A stretch of DNA of 40,109 nucleotides from Patescibacteria group bacterium (GCA_038065455.1 JBBTQX010000007.1:1-40109); one strand, 5' to 3'; positions 19,534-28,601 are shown, numbered from the stretch's first letter. Notes: a model not told the origin generated them from the sequence alone. Numbers and translations: made by a program.

Positions 19534-19718
19534 TGGCGAGATTTGGCACATTGAAAAAGTGGGTAAAAGCTCCGCTTTTTATCGACATCGCTCGGACAAT
19601 ATAAATATGCTTTTATTTTGCTCCTCGCTCGTCGATATAAGACTTGGGGTGGGATAATTCACCGCGGGGCGGTGATTATCCGGAGACGCACACTTTTTCG
19701 GTATGCCAAATCTCGCCA
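19534..19718. repeat. 185-bp element with 28-bp terminal inverted repeats (MITE/REPIN-like or structured RNA)
   Basis: TGGCGAGATTTGGCACATTGAAAAAGTG (19534-19561) vs CACTTTTTCGGTATGCCAAATCTCGCCA (19691-19718): 25/28 complementary; two internal hairpins. Confidence 0.75.
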
Positions 19719-19722
19719 GACA

Positions 19723-20748
19723 TCACCCATGTCTAATAACCATCACATCTCCATCCTGCACCACATAATCCTTCCCCTCGAGCCGGAGCCAGCCTTTCTG
19801 TTTCGCCGCACTCCAAGCATTAGCTTGTCCTGAGCTAGTCGAATGGACAGCCGCTTCCAATAATTTATCGGTCGAGATGACCTCCGCCCGGATAAATTTA
19901 TTTTCGAAGTCCGTATGGATAACACCCGCCGCCTGCGGCGCCTTTGAACCGCGCTCGATTGTCCAGGCCCGCGTCTCGTCCTCCCCGGTTGTGAAAAAAC
20001 TCATCAGATTCAATATTTTGTAGGCCTCAAGGATAAGATCGGGAATCAACACGACTGAATTCAAATCAGAGATTATGAAATCAAAACCCATTCCGGCAAT
20101 TTTCTTCTTCAGTTCCTCGCTTGCCTCTTCCGACTTGCCGTTCAATAAAAAGAGTTGCGGCTTGGCCGTCAGAAGCTGAAGCTCTTTCACAACCGGCTCT
20201 CCTTTAAACTCCGATGCCAAATTCCCACTCTCCAATCTTTTTCTCACTTCGTTCAGAACGGTGAGATTTTTATTTGCCGTTTTATCTCCGCCCCGTGCTT
20301 CAGCTTCAAGTGAGTGTAGGCGTTTCGTCACGGTCTCCAAATCCTTGAAAACCAGCTCCATTTCGATGATATCTATATCGCGAATCGGGTCTACTCCGCC
20401 CTCAACATGGATAATGTCTCCCTGGCCGAAACAACGCACCAGATGGAGAATGGCCTGCACATTCCGGATATTCGCCAGGAATTGATTGCCCAATCCCTCG
20501 CCCTGGTTCGCGCCCTTCACGAGTCCCGCGATGTCGTAGAATTCCACGACCGCCGGCACGGTTTTTTTGGACGCGCTCAATTTCGTCAATTTCTCCACCC
20601 GTTCGTCGGGCACGACGACCACACCCACATTCGGGTCTATGGTAGCGAAGGGATAATTCGCAATCGTAATCTCCTGATTCGTGAGGATTTTAAAAAGTGT
20701 GGACTTCCCCACATTCGGCAAACCTACGATTCCAATTGACAGTTTCAT
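19723..20748 (-). CDS. ychF: Redox-regulated ATPase YchF
   Basis: GIVGLPNVGKST, NYPFATIDPN, DIAGLVKGA..GEGLGNQFL, EGKDYVVQDGD. Confidence 0.97.
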   Translation of the reverse strand: MKLSIGIVGLPNVGKSTLFKILTNQEITIANYPFATIDPNVGVVVVPDERVEKLTKLSASKKTVPAVVEFYDIAGLVKGANQGEGLGNQFLANIRNVQAILHLVRCFGQGDIIHVEGGVDPIRDIDIIEMELVFKDLETVTKRLHSLEAEARGGDKTANKNLTVLNEVRKRLESGNLASEFKGEPVVKELQLLTAKPQLFLLNGKSEEASEELKKKIAGMGFDFIISDLNSVVLIPDLILEAYKILNLMSFFTTGEDETRAWTIERGSKAPQAAGVIHTDFENKFIRAEVISTDKLLEAAVHSTSSGQANAWSAAKQKGWLRLEGKDYVVQDGDVMVIRHG

Positions 20749-20828
20749 ATAATTTTTGCTATTGTATTTTCAGTTCAATACAACTAAATAATAACTGAAA
20801 TATAAATTTTTTTCCAAAGGAGGGAAAA

Positions 20829-21428
20829 ATGGAAAATAACATTTTTATATGCGTTCTCTGCGGCATTCATAAAGATGGCAAAACGAGCCGTATGAACCAA
20901 GAAATGATAAAAACAGCCTGGATTCATAAAAATAACGGTTCTGGAAAAAATGAACAGAGGACAATTCTCCAGGGAGGATTTAAAAATCCCAAAGGAGAAA
21001 CTGAAGCAATGTCCGCATACTGTTTTGCTAAAACACGGTATCCATTTTCAGAATTAAGCTTCGTCTTGGAAAAAAAATCTTTCCGAACTCATAATAACGC
21101 GCTCGAGGGATTGGATATAATTTCAAAAAGATTCCCGAAAATCGGAGTTATATCTCTTGTCGGTCATCCAATACACATGGCAAGAGTAGCTCTCTGTTAT
21201 GAAATAGCTAACAGATTATTTCATGATAACCGCTACACTATAATAAAATTTCCATCAAAGGAAATTTATGACCCTCTGGTTTATAGGCAGGAATATTGGG
21301 TGGATGATCAAATATTCGCCGCCAGGGAGAAAAAGGTGATGATATTATATCGTTTTCTTTTATTCCGTCCATGGGCCAGATTAGGCTTCTGGGTGTTAAA
21401 AAATATTTGGCCATCTCACAAACAATGA
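20829..21428 (+). CDS. YdcF/DUF218-like protein
   Basis: ILQGG, EAEAM-like (ETEAM), LEKKSFRTHNNA, HMARV pattern; AT-rich. Confidence 0.6.
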   Translation: MENNIFICVLCGIHKDGKTSRMNQEMIKTAWIHKNNGSGKNEQRTILQGGFKNPKGETEAMSAYCFAKTRYPFSELSFVLEKKSFRTHNNALEGLDIISKRFPKIGVISLVGHPIHMARVALCYEIANRLFHDNRYTIIKFPSKEIYDPLVYRQEYWVDDQIFAAREKKVMILYRFLLFRPWARLGFWVLKNIWPSHKQ

Positions 21429-21492
21429 CGGGAAGGGAGAGAAAGAAATTGTATGAAAAAAAACGGCGTTCTCACATCAAGGACGCCGTATT

Positions 21493-22014
21493 TTATTTTC
21501 CGGAATGAATGTAAAATCTGTAGCACTTTTTGGCCCAGATCGACCCCGCATAATCCACCCCGATGCGTGGGGATTTCTTTATTCGGGATGGCTTTATCTC
21601 AATTCCCCTACCTTCAATCCAAAGACCATTCTTTTTATCCGTTATTTTACCGTTAAACTTTTTATCGATATGAAAAAATTTCGTAACGCGCGCCGGACCA
21701 TTTATCCCTTCTACGCCGCGTATTAAAACCGCCGCGGGATATCCTTCTTTTCCCGTTACAATATTCAACATCCAATGCATTCCGTAGGTGAAGTAGATAT
21801 ACCAATGCCCGGCCGGTCCGAACATAACAACATTCCTCGGCGTCATTCCGCGCGAGGCATGAGAAGCTTTATCTTTGAGTCCGTCATACGCCTCTACCTC
21901 CGTTATCATTGCGGAAATGATTTTTCCCCGCCATTTTCGAACGATATATTTTCCCAATAAATTTTTCGTCACCGCAAGCGTCGGCCGCTCGAAGAATTTT
22001 TCTTTCAAAATCAT
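21493..22014 (-). CDS. mpg: DNA-3-methyladenine glycosylase
   Basis: ITEVEAY, YIYFTYGMHWMLN, AVLIRG, GPA, PRIGV; start at MILKEKFF. Confidence 0.93.
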   Translation of the reverse strand: MILKEKFFERPTLAVTKNLLGKYIVRKWRGKIISAMITEVEAYDGLKDKASHASRGMTPRNVVMFGPAGHWYIYFTYGMHWMLNIVTGKEGYPAAVLIRGVEGINGPARVTKFFHIDKKFNGKITDKKNGLWIEGRGIEIKPSRIKKSPRIGVDYAGSIWAKKCYRFYIHSGK

Positions 22015-22355
22015 ATGAAACGCTTGATTTCTTTCAGGACTTCCGCAGGAATCGGGTTGCGAGTCGGACTTTTCCCCGGATACCGCCACACGGTGATTAT
22101 TTTTATTATTTTTTTCGTTTTGGAATTTGGCATTTGGAATTTGGAAATTGCTCGCCTCTTGGCGAGCTTATACATCGCCCAGATTTCGGTATAGCGCTTC
22201 GTACCGGCCGGTTGCATCACCGCCACGGTTTTCTCAACGATTCCTTCTTCCGTTCGCGCCGGAAATTGGATGATTCTTTTTATCCGCGACTCCGAAAGGC
22301 CGTAGTATTTGAGCTTAAGCTTGGCGTGAACGGTCCAGAGATATTTATCACTCAT
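22011..22355 (-). CDS. Hypothetical protein, DUF4258-like
   Basis: WTVHAKLK..YGLSES.I...I..P...KIITVW pattern; overlaps both neighbours. Confidence 0.6.
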   Translation of the reverse strand: MSDKYLWTVHAKLKLKYYGLSESRIKRIIQFPARTEEGIVEKTVAVMQPAGTKRYTEIWAMYKLAKRRAISKFQMPNSKTKKIIKIITVWRYPGKSPTRNPIPAEVLKEIKRFI

Positions 22356-22821
22356 TTTTCCTCCCGTATGTTCCCATCAAAACCGTCTGTTCGAGAATAT
22401 GTCCTTTCATCGCTTCTTCCAATTCCGTCTTGCTTGAACCGGCCGGCAATTCCAGGAGCGAGTCCAGCGCGTAGGCTTTGAACATATACCTGTGTGGCGC
22501 TTTGCCCCGCGGCGGACACGGGCCGTAATATTTCAATTGTCCGGCGCTGTTCTTTCCCAGAACCGCCCCGAACGGAACATTGTCTTCGGAAACATACTGC
22601 GTTTTTGGGTCGATATTCCAGACCACCCAATGGTCCCAAACCTGCCCGCGCGTCGCGTCCGGGTCGTCCATCGCAACCGCCAGACTCTTCGCTCCGGCCG
22701 GAATGTTGCGGATTTCGAGAAGCGGATTGACGTTATCCCCGTCGCAGGTGTGCTTCGCGGGAATTGGGTCCCCGTGCCTGAAAGCGGAACTTTTGAGAAT
22801 GAGGCCGCCGGTATTTTCCAT
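22348..22821 (-). CDS. YbhB/YbcL family PEBP protein
   Basis: HTCDG, DDPDA, WDHWVVWNI, YYGPCPP, HRY; start at MENTGG. Confidence 0.92.
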   Translation of the reverse strand: MENTGGLILKSSAFRHGDPIPAKHTCDGDNVNPLLEIRNIPAGAKSLAVAMDDPDATRGQVWDHWVVWNIDPKTQYVSEDNVPFGAVLGKNSAGQLKYYGPCPPRGKAPHRYMFKAYALDSLLELPAGSSKTELEEAMKGHILEQTVLMGTYGRKNE

Positions 22822-22887
22822 TGGTCTTATGATAACCGAAATTGCCGATATCGCCAAAAACGCTCTCATGTGGTAAACATAAATGTA

Positions 22888-23997
22888 ATGAGCAGTCTCG
22901 CGATATACCGAAAATACAGGCCGGGAAGTTTTGAAGAGCTTTTGGGCCAAGAATCCATCGTCCATATTTTGAGGGAAGCGGCCCGCCAGGACAAACTCGC
23001 CCATGCGTATCTTTTCGCCGGCCCCCGCGGCACAGGCAAGACGACGACTGCGCGCCTCATCGCGAAAATTGCGAATTGCGAAAAGAGGAATGCCGAAGAA
23101 AAATTCCGAACTAAAGGCGAGCCGTGCAACGAATGCCGGACTTGTCTCGCGATTGACGAGGGGCAGAATTTGGATGTGATAGAAATCGACGCCGCTTCGA
23201 ACCGAGGCATAGATGAAATCCGCAATCTCAAAGAGAGCGTGCGCGTCTCCCCCGCTATGAGCCGCTACAAAGTCTTTATCATCGATGAAGCGCATATGCT
23301 GACGAAGGACGCTTGGAACGCGCTCCTCAAAACCCTGGAAGAGCCGCCGGCTTACGTCATCATCATTCTCGCGACGACCGAGCTGGAAAAAGTGCCGCTT
23401 ACCATCAGTTCGCGCGCGCAGAAATTTCTCTTCAAACGCGCCACCCGGGGAAAAATCGTTGAGAAACTCAAGAAAATCGTGGCCGAGGAGAAAATGAAAA
23501 TAGACCAGGAAGCACTCGACCTCGTGGCCTCCTCCGCCGAGGGCAGCTTCCGCGACGCGGAGTCACTTTTGGATCAACTTGTGGCTTTCGGGGACGATAA
23601 AAATATCACTCTTGCCGAAGTGGAAAAAATGATTGGGAAGGTGGGTTTCAATAAGCTTTCCGACTTTGCGGGAATAATCCTCGCGGGCGAAATGGACAAG
23701 GCTTTGAAGGCGCTTTCGGACATTGAGGATGGCGGTTTCAATCTGACGCAATTCGCGAAGGATTTGATTCAATACGTCCGCCGGGTGGCGGTTTTGAAGA
23801 CCAATCCTAGAATGAAGGATGCTTTCAAAGATGAATTAATGGAAGACCATTTGAAAAAAATAATCGCCCACGCCGAAATCTTCCATGAAAAGCATTTGGG
23901 GCTTTTGAAAGCACTCATCACCGCCCACGGCCAGATGCGCTACAGCCAATTCCCCATTATTCCCCTGGAAGTGGCGCTTATTGAGAATGGGAAATAA
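22888..23997 (+). CDS. dnaX: DNA polymerase III subunit gamma/tau (short form, 369 aa)
   Basis: YRKYRP, GPRGTGKTT, EIDAASNRG, IIDEAHML, LLKTLEEPP; start at MSSLAIY. Confidence 0.96.
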   Translation: MSSLAIYRKYRPGSFEELLGQESIVHILREAARQDKLAHAYLFAGPRGTGKTTTARLIAKIANCEKRNAEEKFRTKGEPCNECRTCLAIDEGQNLDVIEIDAASNRGIDEIRNLKESVRVSPAMSRYKVFIIDEAHMLTKDAWNALLKTLEEPPAYVIIILATTELEKVPLTISSRAQKFLFKRATRGKIVEKLKKIVAEEKMKIDQEALDLVASSAEGSFRDAESLLDQLVAFGDDKNITLAEVEKMIGKVGFNKLSDFAGIILAGEMDKALKALSDIEDGGFNLTQFAKDLIQYVRRVAVLKTNPRMKDAFKDELMEDHLKKIIAHAEIFHEKHLGLLKALITAHGQMRYSQFPIIPLEVALIENGK

Positions 23998-24003
23998 ATT
24001 TTC

Positions 24004-24573
24004 CTATTTGATTGCCGAGAGAAAAGGCAGAATTGCAAAAATCTTTCCGCTGAAAAGGAATGTTAAGACAGCCGCCGCGACGAAGGGCCATCTGATTGTC
24101 GTATAAACTTCTTTTAAAAATGAATGGCGGAAGAGAGAAAATAAAGCTACCGCCAAAAACGCGAAAGGGAGGAAAATGACGAAATCCGGCCAACCTATGG
24201 CGAGCGCGAGAACCAAGCCCAGCTCCGTCTCGCCCGATTCGAAGAATCGCTCTTCTTTCTTCTGAAGCGCTTTCAAAAAAAACCAGAATAAAAACGCTAA
24301 GGCGATGGAAAGCATGGCTTCCATCCAAAATCGGCTCCAGGAATAAGAAAAGATATAATTCAGAAAAGGTTTTGTGAAACTGTCCAAAGTCCAAACATAA
24401 TATTGGCCGAGGGAAAGTATTGCGGCATAAAAGATCTTGAAGCCGATCGCCCACCAGGCCAGTTTTTTCAAATAATGAACGGGCGCGGCGGCGGCAAAAA
24501 TAATAGTTGCCCCGAAAAAAACTCTCGGAAACCATTCGAGAACCAGATTTAAAAGAGAGATTATTGAATCCAT
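24004..24573 (-). CDS. Multi-TM membrane protein, weak resemblance to prepilin peptidase (A24) C-half
   Basis: About 5-6 hydrophobic segments; FESGE.EL......GWP pattern. Confidence 0.6.
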   Translation of the reverse strand: MDSIISLLNLVLEWFPRVFFGATIIFAAAAPVHYLKKLAWWAIGFKIFYAAILSLGQYYVWTLDSFTKPFLNYIFSYSWSRFWMEAMLSIALAFLFWFFLKALQKKEERFFESGETELGLVLALAIGWPDFVIFLPFAFLAVALFSLFRHSFLKEVYTTIRWPFVAAAVLTFLFSGKIFAILPFLSAIK

Positions 24574-24580
24574 ATTCCGG

Positions 24581-25798
24581 CTAAATAGCGAACATCCCGT
24601 TTCGGTAGATCATCTTCGCGCGCCCGTTTTTTAAGTGGGCTGTGACCATCCGCGGAGTCGTGGAAATCATATCCTGATGGATGGCGGAATCGTTAAAACC
24701 GAGCCGGACCCAATCGGATTTTTTCGGCTTTGAAGGGTCGCCCCGGTAGCAATCGTGATACGAAGCGCCGACGGCCAAATGCGTGTTGCCGTTCGGCCCG
24801 CCGATATTCTCATCAAAAAGCGTTTCGGCCATGAACTTCGTAATCCTCGAAAATCTTTTGTCCGTGAGCGAATATTCCCCTATTCGGTTGCCGCCGGGCG
24901 CGGAAATCAGTTGCTTCAATAATTTTTCGTTCTGTTTGGCCTTCGCTTCAACGACCAGACCTTTTTTGAATTTCAGTTTGACGCCTTTAATGAGCTGGCC
25001 GTAGGTGTAAACGGGCTGATTGAACCGAATCCAACCATTCGTGCCGCGCCAATCGGGCGAAGTAAATATCTCGAAGCTCGGAATGTTCCGCCCGCGACCG
25101 CCCTCCCAGAGCCTTTTTTCGCCGAGCGTTATCCAAAGATCCGCATCCGGCCCCGTGATATGTAGCTTATCTATCGGCATCCTGTTCAACTTATCCTTCG
25201 TTCGATCTATCTGTCTTCCGATTTCCCGCCATTTGGCGACCGGATTCGGATAATTCAAAAAACAGGCGTCGATTATCTGCCGCCAGTATTCTTTCTCCGA
25301 TAGTCCCGCTTCCTTAGCCATCGCGGGCGTGCCGTAAAGAGCGAGCACCCAGGTGAATTTTCCTTTGTTTTCTTTTTCGTTCCGCCATTCCCGATAGGGT
25401 TTTATCGACTTCCCTCTTTCAATTATCTTTTTGGAATCAATACCTTTCAAAGATTCCATATCAGTCTCGCTCAAAATCATTATCTGATGGTCCATTTGGT
25501 CCACCAATCCGCGGTAGTATTTGGCCGGAAAGAAATTAAGCTGATGCTCTTTCGCGTTCAGATAGAAATCTCGGCTGATATTAAATTTTTTGTCGTCGTC
25601 CGGCGCGTATTTGGAGATAAAATGCCCTCCGGCTTTAATGATGGCTTTTAATATCTCCGCATACAGGGGCTTCGCGCATTCGCTCGCGACAACCTGGATT
25701 ACTTCGCCCTTCTTCACACCCTTCCCGCTATTAGGAGCGAAATTCACCAATACATCGGCGTATCTTTCCAATATTTTTTTATTCGGGATATATGGCAT
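24581..25798 (-). CDS. Aminopeptidase, M29 (AmpS/PepS) family
   Basis: YADVLV, NIPSFEIFTSP, IGE, LFDENIG...HLAVG, NDSAIHQD. Confidence 0.92.
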   Translation of the reverse strand: MPYIPNKKILERYADVLVNFAPNSGKGVKKGEVIQVVASECAKPLYAEILKAIIKAGGHFISKYAPDDDKKFNISRDFYLNAKEHQLNFFPAKYYRGLVDQMDHQIMILSETDMESLKGIDSKKIIERGKSIKPYREWRNEKENKGKFTWVLALYGTPAMAKEAGLSEKEYWRQIIDACFLNYPNPVAKWREIGRQIDRTKDKLNRMPIDKLHITGPDADLWITLGEKRLWEGGRGRNIPSFEIFTSPDWRGTNGWIRFNQPVYTYGQLIKGVKLKFKKGLVVEAKAKQNEKLLKQLISAPGGNRIGEYSLTDKRFSRITKFMAETLFDENIGGPNGNTHLAVGASYHDCYRGDPSKPKKSDWVRLGFNDSAIHQDMISTTPRMVTAHLKNGRAKMIYRNGMFAI

Positions 25799-26266
25799 TT
25801 ATTTTTTAATTTCCAAATACTCTAATTTTATTTGCTGTTTATCTTTAAATACTAAAGAGGCTGGTTTTTCTAATACTATTTCATCGACTGAAGCTTTAAA
25901 TATATATCCATCGCGGTTAAATGATTTACCCCAAACATCGAAAAAATCGCCAAGAACATAAATACGCTTATCTTGGGATTCCACGTGAATGACTCCGAGT
26001 GCGGCATCATCGTCGTGAGTATGAACGGCGCGCTCGCATGATGCTGAAAGGCCTATCTCCGCGGGTATTGACTCAGGTTTCCCATCCACCGTGATGGAAA
26101 TTATCGGATGAATGTGTTGAACCAAAGGAAAATTCCGTATAAGGCACGGCACGGATGCGCTATTCGTACGATTCGCGTTCCCAAAAATACTGGGATACAA
26201 AAAAAGAAAAACAAGGAGAATAAATAGCCCTCCTCCCCACCAAAACATGGGCTTATTTGATTTCAT
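25799..26266 (-). CDS. Exported His-motif protein (probable metal binding)
   Basis: N-terminal TM; HIHP, VHTHD, GVIHVE, LGDFFDVWG motifs. Confidence 0.7.
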   Translation of the reverse strand: MKSNKPMFWWGGGLFILLVFLFLYPSIFGNANRTNSASVPCLIRNFPLVQHIHPIISITVDGKPESIPAEIGLSASCERAVHTHDDDAALGVIHVESQDKRIYVLGDFFDVWGKSFNRDGYIFKASVDEIVLEKPASLVFKDKQQIKLEYLEIKK

Positions 26267-26529
26267 GGTTTAATTTTAGCATTTAATCTTATTTTTTTGG
26301 ATTTTCGGTCGCGAATAAAAGCGACAACGAGCCATATAAACAGCGAAATCGCGCATAAGATTCCGAAAACAACCACATAAATAAGAGCAACCGCCGGCAT
26401 AACGATTACACCTCCCAGGCCCGCTTTGCTTGCCGGAGACGACAAACGATAAAAAACATATGCGATAATCCCGATAGAACCAAGAATAAAAACCACGAAA
26501 TGATAAATAATGATTTTAAGCTTTTTCAT
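26263..26529 (-). CDS. Small two-TM membrane protein
   Basis: 88 aa, two hydrophobic helices. Confidence 0.6.
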   Translation of the reverse strand: MKKLKIIIYHFVVFILGSIGIIAYVFYRLSSPASKAGLGGVIVMPAVALIYVVVFGILCAISLFIWLVVAFIRDRKSKKIRLNAKIKP

Positions 26530-26761
26530 TTATTAAAATAATTTTCTTCTCCCGGCGCCAGTTCTTTATCTCCGCCTCCCTTTTCAACGCTCCGCTTCTG
26601 GTTCTGAATTTTTCCGTATGGACGATTTTCACCGCTTTGCGCGAGCTCGTATAGTGTCCGCCTTTTCCATTTTTATGTTCCTTGAGTCTCCGTTCCAAAT
26701 CGGTGGTAATGCCGGTATACAAACTCTTGTCTTCGCATTCCAAGAGATAGATGAAGTACAT
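26516..26761 (-). CDS. GIY-YIG nuclease (YhbQ/UPF0213-like)
   Basis: YFIYLLEC..SLYTGIT..ERRLKEH..G.G..YT...ALKREAEIK; start at MYFIY. Confidence 0.9.
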   Translation of the reverse strand: MYFIYLLECEDKSLYTGITTDLERRLKEHKNGKGGHYTSSRKAVKIVHTEKFRTRSGALKREAEIKNWRREKKIILINEKA

Positions 26762-26775
26762 TTCTAAAGGCAAAT

Positions 26776-27057
26776 CTATTTTTTTCGCGGGTCGCCCCAA
26801 TTCCAATGCGGTTTTTCACCTTTCCAATAACCGAAAATGAAGATAAGCGCGATCATCAACAATACGCCCATAAGCGCTGCTCCGGGCGCATCATCGATTT
26901 CCCCGACGTAGATGCCAGCAAAAACTAAGGCCAGGCCGATAACTATAACAAGCCATCCCCGCCACCTCACCGGCACCCAGCCCCAACCAAACCAGCGGGC
27001 CTTAAACCAAAGCCCCTGCGGGTTATCCCTTAGATATGCTATATATTCTTTAATCAT
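26776..27057 (-). CDS. Small Trp-rich membrane protein
   Basis: WFKARWFGWGWVPVRWRGW, two TM helices, KGEKPHWNWG; start at MIKEY. Confidence 0.75.
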   Translation of the reverse strand: MIKEYIAYLRDNPQGLWFKARWFGWGWVPVRWRGWLVIVIGLALVFAGIYVGEIDDAPGAALMGVLLMIALIFIFGYWKGEKPHWNWGDPRKK

Positions 27058-27071
27058 GATTATCCCGTTTG

Positions 27072-27107
27072 TTAGCTTAATTTTAGCACGATTTTTTCGA
27101 ACGGTCT
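27072..27107. repeat. 36-bp direct repeat A, copy 1 (contains minus-strand extended -10 TGCTAAAAT)
   Basis: TTAGCTTAATTTTAGCACGATTTTTTCGAACGGTCT; 32/36 identical to 28602-28637. Confidence 0.8.
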
Positions 27108-27148
27108 TGTATTTGACATTTCTATTGATATCAAGGGAAAATGAAGAT

Positions 27149-27361
27149 ATGAATAAATCCACTATCCAAAAGATTGATTTGGGATTGCTTCGGAAAGAGC
27201 TTAGGAAGTTTGAGAACATGTGGGTAGCCATTTCTGGGGAAAATAAGATAATCGGTAGCGGCTCTACTTATGCCGAGACTATAAAGAAGATTAATTCTAA
27301 AGAAGACATAATGCTGTTAAGAGTTCCGCCTCTTAATGCTTCTCTTGCTCCATCTGCATGA
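27149..27361 (+). CDS. DUF5678-like small protein
   Basis: KFENMWVAI....IIGSG.TYAE pattern; 70 aa from ATG 27149; ATGA overlap with next gene. Confidence 0.7.
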   Translation: MNKSTIQKIDLGLLRKELRKFENMWVAISGENKIIGSGSTYAETIKKINSKEDIMLLRVPPLNASLAPSA

Positions 27362-27780
27362 AGTTTTCTTATCAAAAACTTCCCTTTGAAGGATTTGACA
27401 CACGACAACCTCTGATAGCCAGACCAATTCTTCCAGTTTATCTCCACGGGAAAAATCATAGAACACCTTCCCCATATTATGCTCTTTTGGACTCAGGGGC
27501 CGATAAAATATTGATGCCGGCCGAACTTGCCGAAGTAGTAGGAATAAAAGATTTTACAAAAGGGAGACTTGAGCCGACAGTTGGAATTGCGAACCAACGT
27601 GCTGATGTTTATTATCACGATAACTTATCCATCGAAATCGTCGGACACTCTAAGAAATTGTCGATAAGCATTGGTTTCTCGGATAAAATATTTCTTCCTA
27701 TTCTTGGACGTTCTTTTTTCATTCATTTTAAATCAGTGATATTCAGCGAAAGAAAAGAAGAAATAGAATTAAAAGATTAA
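27358..27780 (+). CDS. Retropepsin-like aspartyl protease
   Basis: RPILPV, ALLDSGAD catalytic motif, ILGR. Confidence 0.82.
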   Translation: MKFSYQKLPFEGFDTRQPLIARPILPVYLHGKNHRTPSPYYALLDSGADKILMPAELAEVVGIKDFTKGRLEPTVGIANQRADVYYHDNLSIEIVGHSKKLSISIGFSDKIFLPILGRSFFIHFKSVIFSERKEEIELKD

Positions 27781-27804
27781 AAGTTGCTAAAAGATTACTT
27801 ACAG

Positions 27805-27828
27805 TGCTGGCCGTCTTGAGGTAGAACC
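27805..27828. repeat. 24-bp direct repeat B, copy 1
   Basis: TGCTGGCCGTCTTGAGGTAGAACC; 22/24 identical to 28551-28574. Confidence 0.8.
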
Positions 27829-27862
27829 GTTGAGACTAAATCCTTGTTTAATGGAATCTTAA

Positions 27863-28480
27863 TTACTTCTCCCGAAAATCCTTCTTAATCATTTTAATAA
27901 TCTCGGGAAATTTAGGTATGGTAAAGTGTCCTCGTTTGTTATTATAGACGACAATGTGTGCCTTTTTTAGTTTCTTTCTATATTTCTCAGCGTGAGAGAC
28001 GGGCACGACATCATCGTCTTTCGAAAAAAGAATGTGGAGATTCTTACAATTTCTTTCAACCAAAGATAAATCGGCTTTGAGTTTAAAACCGCCGACCAAA
28101 TCCTCTGTAGATAAAGTTCCATCAAAGGGCGCACAAACGAGATACACTGATAGTGCTTTTTTTGACAACTTGTGTTCGGATAGATATTTTGCAAGAAAAA
28201 TTCCACCGAGAGAAGAGCCAATGAGAATAAAATTGTGCCTGAGAAGGGGCAGATACCTCTCAAAAAGAATTTCCCAATCTCTGTACTTTGCGTTATCTTG
28301 CAGTGGCATTCTCGGCCTAACGATTTCAAATTTGTTATCCAATTTTTCTTCGAGATCAGCTTCCCAATATGGTCTTTTCTTGGTTGAAACATTTTTATTC
28401 TTCAACCAGTGCAAATAATCCTTTTCACTCTTAAAAGTCATCCCACCGTGAATCATAAGTATTTGAGGCTTCTTTTCCAT
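27863..28480 (-). CDS. Alpha/beta hydrolase (RBBP9/YdeN-like)
   Basis: IHGG, GSSLGG nucleophile elbow, SKDDDVVP, GHF. Confidence 0.88.
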   Translation of the reverse strand: MEKKPQILMIHGGMTFKSEKDYLHWLKNKNVSTKKRPYWEADLEEKLDNKFEIVRPRMPLQDNAKYRDWEILFERYLPLLRHNFILIGSSLGGIFLAKYLSEHKLSKKALSVYLVCAPFDGTLSTEDLVGGFKLKADLSLVERNCKNLHILFSKDDDVVPVSHAEKYRKKLKKAHIVVYNNKRGHFTIPKFPEIIKMIKKDFREK

Positions 28481-28550
28481 GAGCTTATTTTGCTACTGAT
28501 TTATATTACAATCAATGAGTCTCAATCTCTCACATATGTGTACTCAGGTT

Positions 28551-28574
28551 TGTTGGCCGTCTCGAGGTAGAACC
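28551..28574. repeat. 24-bp direct repeat B, copy 2
   Basis: TGTTGGCCGTCTCGAGGTAGAACC; part of hairpin GCCGTCTCGA...TCAAGACCGGC. Confidence 0.8.
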
Positions 28575-28601
28575 ATTTGGGTTCAAGACCGGCTTAACAA
28601 T

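Noticed and set aside
22348-23997. Apparent N-terminal extensions or fusions on PEBP and DnaX (also fmt, ctpA, DEAD helicase, HIT)
   Set aside because: Artefacts of longest-ORF calling into divergent neighbours; family homology begins at internal ATGs.
22888-23997. Truncated dnaX pseudogene or programmed frameshift
   Set aside because: Clamp-loader domains look complete and the next gene converges 6 bp later, leaving no room for a tau extension.
28555-28600. Purine riboswitch suggested by GGTTCTACC on the minus strand
   Set aside because: The three-way junction and the loop-loop kissing sequences cannot be built.
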